Shown piece after piece: positions 21,401 through 31,752 of a stretch of DNA of 64,000 nucleotides. Location: positions 23,997,168 to 24,061,167 of the forward strand of contig NC_058132.1 in NCBI RefSeq assembly GCF_016433145.1. Direction: 5' to 3'. This DNA is from Gracilinanus agilis (Eukaryota). The position numbers and the translations under genes were made by a program. Position 1 is the first letter of the stretch, and every line of letters starts with the position of its first letter. The notes beneath the pieces were generated by a model, which did no database searches, was not told the origin of the DNA, and saw only the letters and a program-made list of their open reading frames with translations.

Positions 21401-23393
21401 TTCTTCCTTGGGAAGGGATTTTCACATTTTGATTTGGGGGAATCTGCTCCTCCCTCCCGAACTGTGGGAGAGAAGAATCCAGAAAAGTAGGTGGTAAGTG
21501 TGGAATTCTGAAGGGACGGGAGCTATCTCCCCCCCTACAAAGATGCTGATGCTAGAACCAGGGGGTCAGTGGGAAGCCCTGGTTTAAGAGGTGGGGGGGG
21601 GGGACCAACGGGAGGGGGAGAGGAAAGACCAAGGGAATGGCTAGCCCAGGGTTGGAACTGACCCGGCTACTCTGCTCAGACGAGGCAATCAGAGTTTGTC
21701 TCCCCAGAAAAGTCCCCAGGTCTGCACAGCCTCCTTCGAGCAAGCAGCCTTTGCCACCCCAATGACAATATCGGGGTCTTTTAGACCCTAGTCCAGACCT
21801 CTTGGAAACACGCTAACGGGACTGTGTCCAGTCTCCATCACAGTTCCCCAGGCCTCTCCAATCCCAATTCACCAAGTGAGCTAAATTAGACCCACCAAGA
21901 CACACCAACTCGGACCCCACCAAGATAATAGACCAATGCAGACAGAAGCAAGCACACAGAGAAGGCTTGGGGTGGGAAAGGAGAAGGGGGGCTTCGGAAC
22001 TTCTTGGACAAGAGTGGTTTCTCTTTGAGATGAGCAGACTTTGGCATCTGAATGGAGACACTCCTTTCTCAGACATAAGCTGCTCCCTTCCACCCCCACC
22101 CCCCCAGCATCCCCACGACGGAGCCAAGTCCTATCTTCTCCCTCATCCTTCATAGCCAAAACTCAACAAGTGCTTATCAGGGGAAGTGGCCCTGGCATCC
22201 TGAGGGTCTCTTGGGGTCTCCTGGAACCCAGTAAAAAGGAGGGGGAAGGTTAGGGGGTCCTTCCCATTCAGGTACTTCAGAGGAAGTGACCCTGGAATAA
22301 TAGGACTCCCCCCCCCACATCATAACAATTTAGGGAAGACTCTTCACCCATGCATGATGTCATTCATTGATAGGAGCCCCATTGGGCCTCAAGGAAAAGT
22401 CCTCCCCATAAACTAAAGTGGGATTCAAACTGTCCTGGGTTGCCCTCAGGAAGCTGCCCCCTGCCTCCTTTAGGGCTCTGAGTTCCAGAGCTTAGGATCA
22501 TAGGATTTAAAGCCAGGAGAGACCTTAAGATATTCATTCATCTGGGCCAAACTCCTCATTTTGCAAATGAGGAAACTGAGGTCCAGGAAGGTTAAGTGAC
22601 CTTCCTAAGGTCACACAGCTAGTGACAAAGTCCTCTGACTTCAAATCCAGTGCTCTTTCCTCTAATAAACTAGGTAGTAGTTTAACATATTGGACTTGAA
22701 GCTTCCCCAGTGTCACAACCCTTTCCCCACTTCCCCATTCACCCAACTTGGCCATGTTCTAAAATGAACTCCCAGTGACCCCAGTTGAGTAGGGGACTGT
22801 GAAGTTGGGGGAACACCCAGGAATAGGGGGTGGATAGGAATTCCAGCCTCTACTACTACCCAGGTCATGCCATACCAACCCGACTCCTATCCCCACCCCC
22901 CAAGCTCCCTCATTCCTGATTGGAGATGCAACTGGGCTTGGGGTGAGTAGGTTGAAGTAAGAAGGTGCAACATCCCCCCCACCATTTTACCTCTGAAAAC
23001 AAAAACTGACCAACCGAAAAAAAAATCCCTTATTTTAAAAAAAATTAAGAAAAATAAAAGGAGGGAAAGAAAGAGAAAAATAATGCCGTGTTTTCTATTA
23101 AAATCAACAAAATATATACAGATATCACACAGACTGGGGCCCCCAGTCTCCCCGCTGCCCTGGAGGAGTTGGGGGTCCAGCTAAGCACAGGGAGGTGTGT
23201 CAAACTGGGGGGGAGGAGCATGGGGAGCACCTCCCATCCCCAACTCCGATCCAGCCACTCAAAGGTGGGGTGGATTTAGGCAAGCCCCTTGCCGGACACC
23301 CGAACCAAACCAGGATGGGGAAAGAGGGACGGCGTCAGGGGGTAGAGGGGATACGGGTGGGGAGGGTTGGGAGCCATTGCTCCCCACCCCCTT

Positions 23394-24458
23394 TTATCCC
23401 ACTTTTTGGGGGTTCGTGGCACGGACCCCCTGCTCATAGGTGACCCTCTGGCTTATGAGATACTGTGCGGCCTGTGTGGCTGCAGGGCTGCCTGTAATGG
23501 TCACCCGCCGGTTCCGAGTGCCAGGCAGGAACTCCCCCTTCTTAGAGATCTGGATGCGGGCACCTGTCAACTCCTGGTACTCTACCAGTGTTTTCCCCCC
23601 CTTGCCCAGGATGGCACCCACGAGGTTCTCTGGCACCGCAATTTCCACCAGCTCCTTGGCGCTCTCTGCCGCCAGCTTCTCGGCTGCCAGGAACCCCCCG
23701 GCTCCTGCCCCGCCACCCCCACCGCCACCCCCCCCTGCTGCTCCCAGGTAGCCATTGGCAGCCGCTGCCAAGGCAAAGGAGCCCAGTGCCCCAGGGGGGG
23801 GTGGGGGTGGGGGTGGGGCCGCACCTGCCGCTGGCCCAGCAGCAGCCTCGCCGGCATAGGAGGCTAGTAGGTTGGCGGCGGCGGCGGCAGCTGGATTTGC
23901 CCCAGCCGCCACAGCCGCGAGGACCCCTGAGGCCGCAGCCGAGCCAAGGCCCAGGCCCAGTGAGTTGGCACTGTAGCCATAGCTGGCCAGTGTGTTGAGG
24001 GCCGTACTGATGGCCAGCAGGTCGGTCCCTGAAAAGGCCGGCAGGGCAGCAGGAAAGGCACCCACACCCGCCAGGCCCGCGGGGCCAAGGAGCCCGGAGG
24101 CGGCGGCGGCGGCGGCAGAGGCTGCGGCGGCGGCTGCTGGGAGGACATCAGCCGGGCTGGCATAGGGTGAGCCCGTGGGGTTGGAGTTGGCCACAGGCCC
24201 CGCCACATTGGCATAGCTGATGTTCAGGCAGCTGCTACTCTGCGGGTCCTCCTGCACCTTCTGGACGATGGCGGCCACAGCCTTGTGCACCTGCTCGGGC
24301 TCCCCGCTCACCGTCACCACTCGCTCCTGCAGGTTGATGCCCTCTGGTTTCTGGGACAGCTGGACCCACGCGCCTGACTGCTCCATGACTGCCTTCACCG
24401 TTGCACCCCCTTTGCCAATGATCAGACCAGCTGTGCTGTTGGGGACTATCAACTTAGC
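23394..24458 (-). CDS. NOVA2: NOVA2 exon 4 (KH2, Ala/Gly/Pro-rich linker, KH3, stop)
   Basis: [18 protein letters not shown]...[44 protein letters not shown]...NPQKVG. Total CDS 85+144+167+1065=1461 nt, giving 486 aa. Confidence 0.98.
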   Translation of the reverse strand, partial: AKLIVPNSTAGLIIGKGGATVKAVMEQSGAWVQLSQKPEGINLQERVVTVSGEPEQVHKAVAAIVQKVQEDPQSSSCLNISYANVAGPVANSNPTGSPYASPADVLPAAAAAASAAAAAASGLLGPAGLAGVGAFPAALPAFSGTDLLAISTALNTLASYGYSANSLGLGLGSAAASGVLAAVAAGANPAAAAAANLLASYAGEAAAGPAAGAAPPPPPPPPGALGSFALAAAANGYLGAAGGGGGGGGGAGAGGFLAAEKLAAESAKELVEIAVPENLVGAILGKGGKTLVEYQELTGARIQISKKGEFLPGTRNRRVTITGSPAATQAAQYLISQRVTYEQGVRATNPQKVG

Positions 24459-24942
24459 CTGAGGGTGGGGGAAAAGGAGCAGACGGGGGTCAAGGAATCA
24501 GTGGGACTGAGAAGCTGCAGACCTCAGACTAACCCAGACCCAAAGGACTTTACCAAGGGAAGACAATGTCTTAGAAGCTGGCCCATCGCAGCCTTCAAGC
24601 CCTTCCTGGCTCCTCCCTCCCCCAGTTATCAAGGAGGGAAACTGAGGCCCAGGTGGAGAAAGGACCTGCCCAAGGTCACTCCTAGGAAGGGCAGGGCAGA
24701 ACGGAGATCAGGATTCAGTTCTCCTCATTCCTGGCCTGGGCTTTTCCCACTAGGAAAGCTATTTCCTCTCTATCATGTTCTACCAGCGAGCCCCTTGGCT
24801 CTGAGGATGATCTCAAAGCCCTTACAAATCATTCCTCCTGGGGGAGGAAAAGGAAGTCCATTGAGGAAGTGAGGAGGAAGGAGCAACCCCTCCTCTCCCC
24901 GGGCTGCCTCCCTGGTCCTGCCTAATCTGGTGGAAGGGAGGG

Positions 24943-24963
24943 TTCAGCACCAGGGACAGAGCC
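24943..24963 (+). promoter_or_regulatory. RE1/NRSE (REST site) in NOVA2 intron 3
   Basis: TTCAGCACCAGGGACAGAGCC matches the consensus TTCAGCACCACGGACAGCGCC at 19 of 21 positions. Confidence 0.85.
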
Positions 24964-25902
24964 CACCAGTCCAGCGCTCCCTCTCTCCCTTCTCTGCTCC
25001 TCAGTCTCTGCCCGCACTGCTCATTTTGTGGGTTCCATTGGGCTGGAGCCGCAAACGGAGATAAAGCGAGCCTGGGCGACCTCTCCCCGCCACCAAACCT
25101 CCCTTCCCCAACGGGGTGGAGGGGTGACTGTGGGTGCCTCTCTTGCCTCTGCTGCCAGCCCGGGGTAGGCGGCCAGCATCCCTTGCCTTCTTCCCTCTGT
25201 CCCTCCTCCCCTCTCTCCTGCCCTGCCTCCTAGCAGCCGGAGCTAGTTGACAGTTGTTGTGGCAACCAGCTGGGCTCCTGGAGGGGTGGGGCAATGAGGA
25301 AAGAGGGAAGAAGAAGGATGCTCTACCCCTCCCGACAGCTTCCCTTGTTGCCATGGTGATGGGGGCAGGGCATCTCATTGGCCCCCATCCCTCCCTCCTT
25401 CCTTTTCCTCCTCCAATATAATCCTTCCTTCTTCAAGATGGCTGACATTCTCTCCCCTCCTCCCTTCCGTGGAAAGAGTGAAAAGGAGGAGAATTATAAA
25501 GGGGAAGAAGGGGCGGGGAGATGGGGTGTGTGTGAAGGGGAGGTGCCTTAGGCACCCCCCCCCCTGCTTCCTATGTGGAGAGGAAGTGGGAGGCAGGTGG
25601 TCCGAGGGGACAATGGGATGAGGTGGAGGGAAGAGGAAAGGAGATGGGAGAGGGGGGAGGGGTTAAAGGCAGAGGGGCCCAGAGCCTACGGGGACCTGAA
25701 CAAATCCCTTCTCTGTGGTCCCTCGGTGGCATCGTGCCAGGCTGGTCTTCTCCTGGAAGCCTTCCCGGACTGGACCACCCAGCCCCCGCCCTCCACCTCC
25801 TTCAGGAGAGGGAGCCTGCCCTGTCTCCTCCCCTTCGGACCCAGAGTTTCATGAGGGCAGGGCCAGTCTTGCCCTCCATTCCTCAAGGGACCCAGTTTTT
25901 AC

Positions 25903-26069
25903 CTGCTTGGCCCTGTCAGGGTTCATGGTGGTCTGTGGCTGCAGGATGCTGGCCACCTCAGGCTTGGCCATGGCCTGTGGGATTTCCCGAACCTTCTCTG
26001 CGATGAAGCTGTGGACGGCATTCAGGGCCTCGGCAGTTCCCTGTACCAGGCACACCCTCTCTGTGGTCC
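25903..26069 (-). CDS. NOVA2: NOVA2 exon 3 ([16 protein letters not shown]...MNPDRAKQ)
   Basis: End of KH1 plus linker; acceptor ctcag, donor CAG|gtaaaa; 167 nt. Confidence 0.97.
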
Positions 26070-26402
26070 CTGAGCCCCAGCAAGGGTTAGGGAAGGGGGG
26101 GGTAGAGAAATAAATGCATCAACACCCTTTTCTTCCTACCTCCTGGCAATCCTAAGCTTTCCTGGGTGCTTTGAGTTCTCAAGTCAGAACTCCAGTGGAG
26201 GAGGGGGGGATACCTGGTTCTTCATGCCCCCTCCCTTCCCCACCATTCACCCAGGTTTTTTTATTTCTTTATGAAGTCTCCTTCGCTCTGCCCCAATGGA
26301 TGGGGGAGGGAGGGGAGGGACAATGAAAGGTTTAAGTGTTTGGAGATCATGGGAGGAGGGGGCCTCTATGGCTAGTTCCTTCGATGATTCCTGGCTCCCC
26401 TG

Positions 26403-26528
26403 GTTGCCTGGGTAACACTGCCCCCTCCTTCCCTCCTGGTGGCTGAGGCTGGTTGCCCGAGCAACTGGAACCCCCTTATCGCCAGAGCTGGACTGAGGAA
26501 GGGGAAGGAGGGCCGTTGCTGTGGCAAC
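26403..26528. promoter_or_regulatory. Cluster of three RFX X-boxes in NOVA2 intron 2
   Basis: GTTGCCTGGGTAAC at 26403, GTTGCCCGAGCAAC at 26452, GTTGCTGTGGCAAC at 26515. Confidence 0.75.
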
Positions 26529-29500
26529 CCCTTAAAGCAGCAGCGTACCACCAGACTGGGAAGCTTTAGATCGAGTAGGGAAAGGCTGGGCTTTGTTGGG
26601 GGGTGGGAGGGAGGGGCGGTGGAGATGGGGAGTCGAGTGGAGGGGATTTGGCCACAGAGTAGAGGATTTGAGTGAGAGAAACAGAGAAGATGAGGTAGGG
26701 CCAAAGCAGGGGGCATCCTGGGGAGGGGGTACGACTCCTCCCTACAGGAATGGCCCCTGAGTCCTGCTTTTGACAGAGAGACACCCACAAAACCTGGAGG
26801 AAGATGGTGTCTCTTACAGAGACTAAGGCCGAGGCAGAGAAGCAAAGCTCCTAAGATGGAGATCAAGTCAGAAGTGCAGAGCTCCTGCCTGTAACTGGCT
26901 GGCCGCGTCCTGGGGACAAAGCAGGGGGCAGCCCCCCTGACTGGGCAGACCTGCTGAGGAGGCTCTGTTTCTGGGGGAAAGAGGGCAGTGCCGGTTCCGG
27001 GTGTTATGCCACTGGGGGTCTAGGTGTCCTGGCCAGAGTGTTCCTGGATGTGTTTCTCCCCCAAACCCTTCAGTGCTGGGGCCTGTGTCCCTCCCCCAGA
27101 ACAATAGCAGGGTCTGAGCCAAGCGTGAGTCAGGGCTGAGCCTGCCTGCCCCAGGCCTGGCGGGTTGCAAAGGGCGTAAATAGGAAAGGGTGTGGGGCGG
27201 GCCTCAGGCCCGGTGGGAACCAGGGAAGCTTGGGAGGGGTGTGGAGGAGCAGTACAGTGGCTCAGCTGGGTGACCTCTCAAGTCCCTTCCAGTTCCTACA
27301 GTCTTACTTACTAGCCCTGGGCTGGAAGTCAGGAAGACCCAGAGATAGATAGATAGACTGACAGACAACACACACACACACACACAGTGAACAAGAGACA
27401 GACAGGGACAGAGGAAAATAGAGAAAAAGGAGCTGGTGTGGTTGAAAATGGCCAAAGTTGAGGGTAGGATGCTTGGACTGGGCTCCCCTGTGATCCCAAC
27501 TCCTTGAGATCTTGGGAAAGTCCTTCCCCTCACTGGGCCTGGGTTTCTCCAAAGTGAAAAGAGCAGCGGATCCAAAGTCAGAGGCCCAGAGGGCCCAAAC
27601 TGGCTCTGCTGACCACTCCTAGTGTGGCCTCAGCCAAGTCCCTGCTTTTCTCAGGGTCTCGGTTTCCTCCTCTGTAAAATGGGGTCATTGGGTCAAAGGG
27701 TCCCTGTTAGCTGGAGGTTTCTGGTCCCATCATTTTACTGGCTTCTGATCCCGAGACTAACATCTCTGGATGTGTGTGATTCGGTGGCTTCTGTGGCTCA
27801 GGAGATAGAGATGGAGGGTGGAAGAAGCAAATTCCACGTTCTGGTCTCGGGGACGGAGGGAAGGTAGAAGGAGACAAGTTCTTTGTTGGGTCCAACCGAG
27901 AAAGGGCTGGGCTAGGTCTCCGTGTTGGGTATGTTTTAGTGGGAGAGAGGATGGACAGGCTACATGGGCTGGGGAGGGATGGCTTCTGCCAGCCGGAGAT
28001 GCTATGTCTCAGCCTCCATGGGGAATTCCATGACGTATATGGGTCAGAGAATTCCGGGTTTCACTAACATCAAGAATGACGATAATATAAATAGCCACCA
28101 TCGCTCACATTTCTATGCTGCCTTCAGGTTCATATATCATGTGTATATTGTATGTTGTATGTATACGTATACATCTAATAGTACTAATGTGTGTGTATAA
28201 TATTATGGGATAGAGATTTGGCCCAGGATTTCATGGATAGGGGGACCTTCCAGGTGAGGAAACCCCCTCTCCCAATGTAAGTTGGCATCTCCTCTGCAAT
28301 TTCTGGTCTTTGAGAGTCACCTTAAGATGTGGCAGGTTGAGAGATTTGCTCAGGGTCCCAGAGCCAGGGTGTGGGTGTCAAAAGCCAGGTCTTCCTGGAT
28401 CCAAATCTGGCTCTCTAATGTCCTATGATGCATATATTGCCTTAGTAAAGACTACTGTCCCCATTTTAAAGATAAGAAAACTGAGGCTCAGAGAAAGCAG
28501 AGTCTTGACCTAGTCAAGGTAGTCAGTGTCAAGGGTCAGGATTCCTGACTCAACCTTGGAGCCTTAGAGCTATAGCTGAAAGGAGGCCTCCAAAGACCAT
28601 AAAGAGATAGAATAATACCAACTCATTTTGGAGCAACTTGGACAACAAAGACTAATGTGATGAACACATTCTTGCTTTTTAACATAATTTTTAAAAAATA
28701 TATAACCCTTACTTTCTGCCTAAGAATCGATACTGAGTTTTGGTTCCAAGGCAGAAGAGCAAAGATGTAGGCAGTGGGGGTTAAGTGATTTGCCTATGGC
28801 CACACAACTAGGAAATTTCTGAGGCTAGATTTGAACCCAGGATCTCCTATCCCTAAGCCTGGCTCTCAATCCAGTGAGTCACCCAGCTGCCCCTTCCAAC
28901 TCATTTTACAGATGAGGAAACTGAGTCAGGCAAGATTGAGGGATTTATCCAGGTTCACACAGCTAGTGTCTAGAGTCACATTTGAACCTAGGACCTCCTA
29001 TCTCTAGGCTTGATTTTCTATCCACTGAGCCACGTCACTGGCTCAGATAATAATCTTAATAGCAAATGCTTATATGTAGCACTTTTAGCTTAAAAAAGCA
29101 TGTCACATTCATACTAACACACATACATATACTCATATATATATATAATATGCTCTGTTATAACAGTGTATCTAATAAATAGCATAATATAGATATATAC
29201 TATGCATAGGCATATTTAATATGTGTGTATGTAATTATGACATGGATGTGTAGAACCTCATAACAACCCTGTGAGGAAGATTCTATTATTATCCTCATTT
29301 TACTGATGAAGAAAGTGAATGAATTGCCCAGGGTCTCTCAGACAGTAGGTGTCTAGAGCAGGTTTGGAATTCAGATCTTCCTAACTCTAAGTCCAGTACT
29401 TTCTTCCCTTGGCCACTTAGCAGGAGGTATCAACCCAGGCTTAGCCAGGGGGATTGAGGGTCACACAGAGATAGGATTCAAAGGCAGGTTCTCTGACTCC

Positions 29501-31093
29501 AGCCATCTTTCCAGTATACTCTGCTGAGCTAGGGAAGGGAGTCGTTAGTCTCCTGATGATTCCCTCATTCCCCCTGCCCCAAGATGGAGTTGGTGCTCTG
29601 GCTTTTCCCTAGGAGTGTAGGTGCTTAGGGATCCAGGTAAATGGGAAGGAGGTAATCCTGGCCCTGTTTAACCCAAACCAGTCCACTTCTTACTCAGGTC
29701 TGGGATTAGGAGGGCGTTTGCATCTTCACCTCCTACCTGGAATTCACCCTACTGTTGTTTGCCATACACAAAATCGTATATGAGCAACGGGGGCTTCTGG
29801 GAGGGCATGAAACCAGGCAAGGAAGGCTGAGGTAGTGTCTTCTTCTGGGACCCAGAACTATGGGACTGGAATTTGGAAAAGGCAAAAAGATATTCACAAT
29901 ATAAAGGAGGAGACTCTGAAAGTTTAGGGAAGAGTGTGGATGGAGCAGGCTTGAGCTATGGCATGTGTTGGGGGGACAGACCATGGAGAGAGACGGTGGA
30001 GCGTCAGAAAAGAGAAAGGAAGAGAGAGAAATGGAGGGGGCAAGGGAGAAGGGGGAAAAAACAAAGCAATCAACTAACCAGCAGAGTGTGATGAAGAGGA
30101 GAGTATTTGAGAGAACACAAGAGAAAGAGAAAGGGAAGAAGAGATCAAATGAGTGAGTTCAGTGGGGTAGGATAGGAAGAAAACTAGAGGGGAGATTGAG
30201 AGGACAAAGAACATGGCACATAACAGGGTTTCTTAATCTGGGGTCTGCAGACTCCTTGGATAGATTCCAGAGTGGTTCATGAATTTGTTTTAAAACTATT
30301 TTCCTAACTATTTTAGTGTAATTGGTTATCTTTGTATTTCATTTGATACATTTTGAAAAGGGTTCCATAGGTTTTGCCAGACTGCTCAAGGGGTCCATGG
30401 CAGGGAAATAGGATCAAGGGATTGTTGCCTTGAATTGAAAGGGATCTTGGAGGCTCTTTAGTCCAAAGGCTTCATTTTATAGATGAGGAAAATGAGGTTC
30501 AGGAGATTAGTAGACTTACCCAAGGTCATACAGTCCATAAACTACAGAGGCAGAATGGAGGAAGAGAGAGCCAAAACGAGGAAGAGATGAAGGTGGAGAT
30601 TTGTGAGTAAAGGGAGCAAGAGGGAGGATGATGGGAGGATATGGAGGTATGCACATGTATATTTAATATATGTATATATTAAATGTATATTAAAGAGGAG
30701 ATGGGGAGCAATTTAGTGGGATGATTGAGAGGCAGATAAGAGAGGAGGAAAAATAGAGTGAGAAAAATGTGGTGAGAGATGAGGAGAAGGGATCCCCTGG
30801 GATGGGAAGCCTTTTAGCATGACTAGGGGAACAGCCTGGTTCCCCCCCCCCCTTACTTCTGGGGCTCCCCCAGGGGGGCAGGTGCAGGGTCAAGGCCTGA
30901 CCCAGCTGCTGCCCCCATGCAAATGAACTCATGAATATGCAGCAGCCCCATTGTCCTGAGAGGAGGGGGGAGGGGTCCTCTGGCCCCATCTGCTTCCCTC
31001 TCTCCCTGGGGGTGGCCTGGGGGGTGGGGCAGAAGCACCTGTCCCTTTAAGGAATAGCCCACTGGGGCATAGGCATGGGGGTGGGGTTCTCAC

Positions 31094-31237
31094 CAGGGTA
31101 GAAGTCCTTGGATTTAGAGAGCTTGATGGTGGCCCCAGTCTCCTTCTGCAGCTGCACGATAGTTTGGCCGCCTTTGCCAATGATGGAGCCCGCAGCATAG
31201 CTGGGGATGAGCACCTTTAGGAAATATTCACCCTCCT
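31094..31237 (-). CDS. NOVA2: NOVA2 exon 2 (KH1: [48 protein letters not shown])
   Basis: GKGG KH loop; acceptor caccag, donor CTG|gtgaga; 144 nt. Confidence 0.97.
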
Positions 31238-31585
31238 CTGGTGCAGGTGGGTGGGAGGGGGAGATGGGACTCAGTCATGGGTTTTCTCAAGTCCCAGGTC
31301 CCTATCCCTATAGGACATGGCTCCCTAGGACCTGCCTCTCTCAAATCCCCAGAGGCTTAACTCTCTCATCCCAGTCTTGTCCCAGTGGGGAATGATTTTC
31401 CCTTCCTTACCCCAAGGAACAGGCTTCCCCTAGGCCCCCACTAGGACCCAGTTCTCACAATGACCCAGAGGATGTGTCCCCTCTCCTCCTCCAATTCTAA
31501 CACAGGCTTCTGTTCTACAAGGTATGGTTCCTCCTAGGTTCCCAGAACCTAGTTCTTCAAGATCCCACCACTCTGCCTCTATTTA

Positions 31586-31752
31586 CCATCCAATCCCTCA
31601 CAGCTCCATGGGATACATGCCCCCCAATTCCTCTAACATGCTTGATCCATCCCCCCAAAGCTCTATGGGATATATGCCCCCCAATTCCTCTAAGATGCTT
31701 GATCCATCCCCCCAAAGCTCCATGGGATATGTGCCCCCCAAATTCCTTTAGG
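31586..31752. repeat. 57-bp tandem repeat, about 3 copies, NOVA2 intron 1
   Basis: Unit ccatccccccaaagctctatgggatatatgccccccaattcctctaagatgcttgat. Confidence 0.9.

Noticed and set aside
30661-30684. Perfect 11-bp AT inverted repeat
   Set aside because: Expected in (TA)-rich low-complexity DNA.
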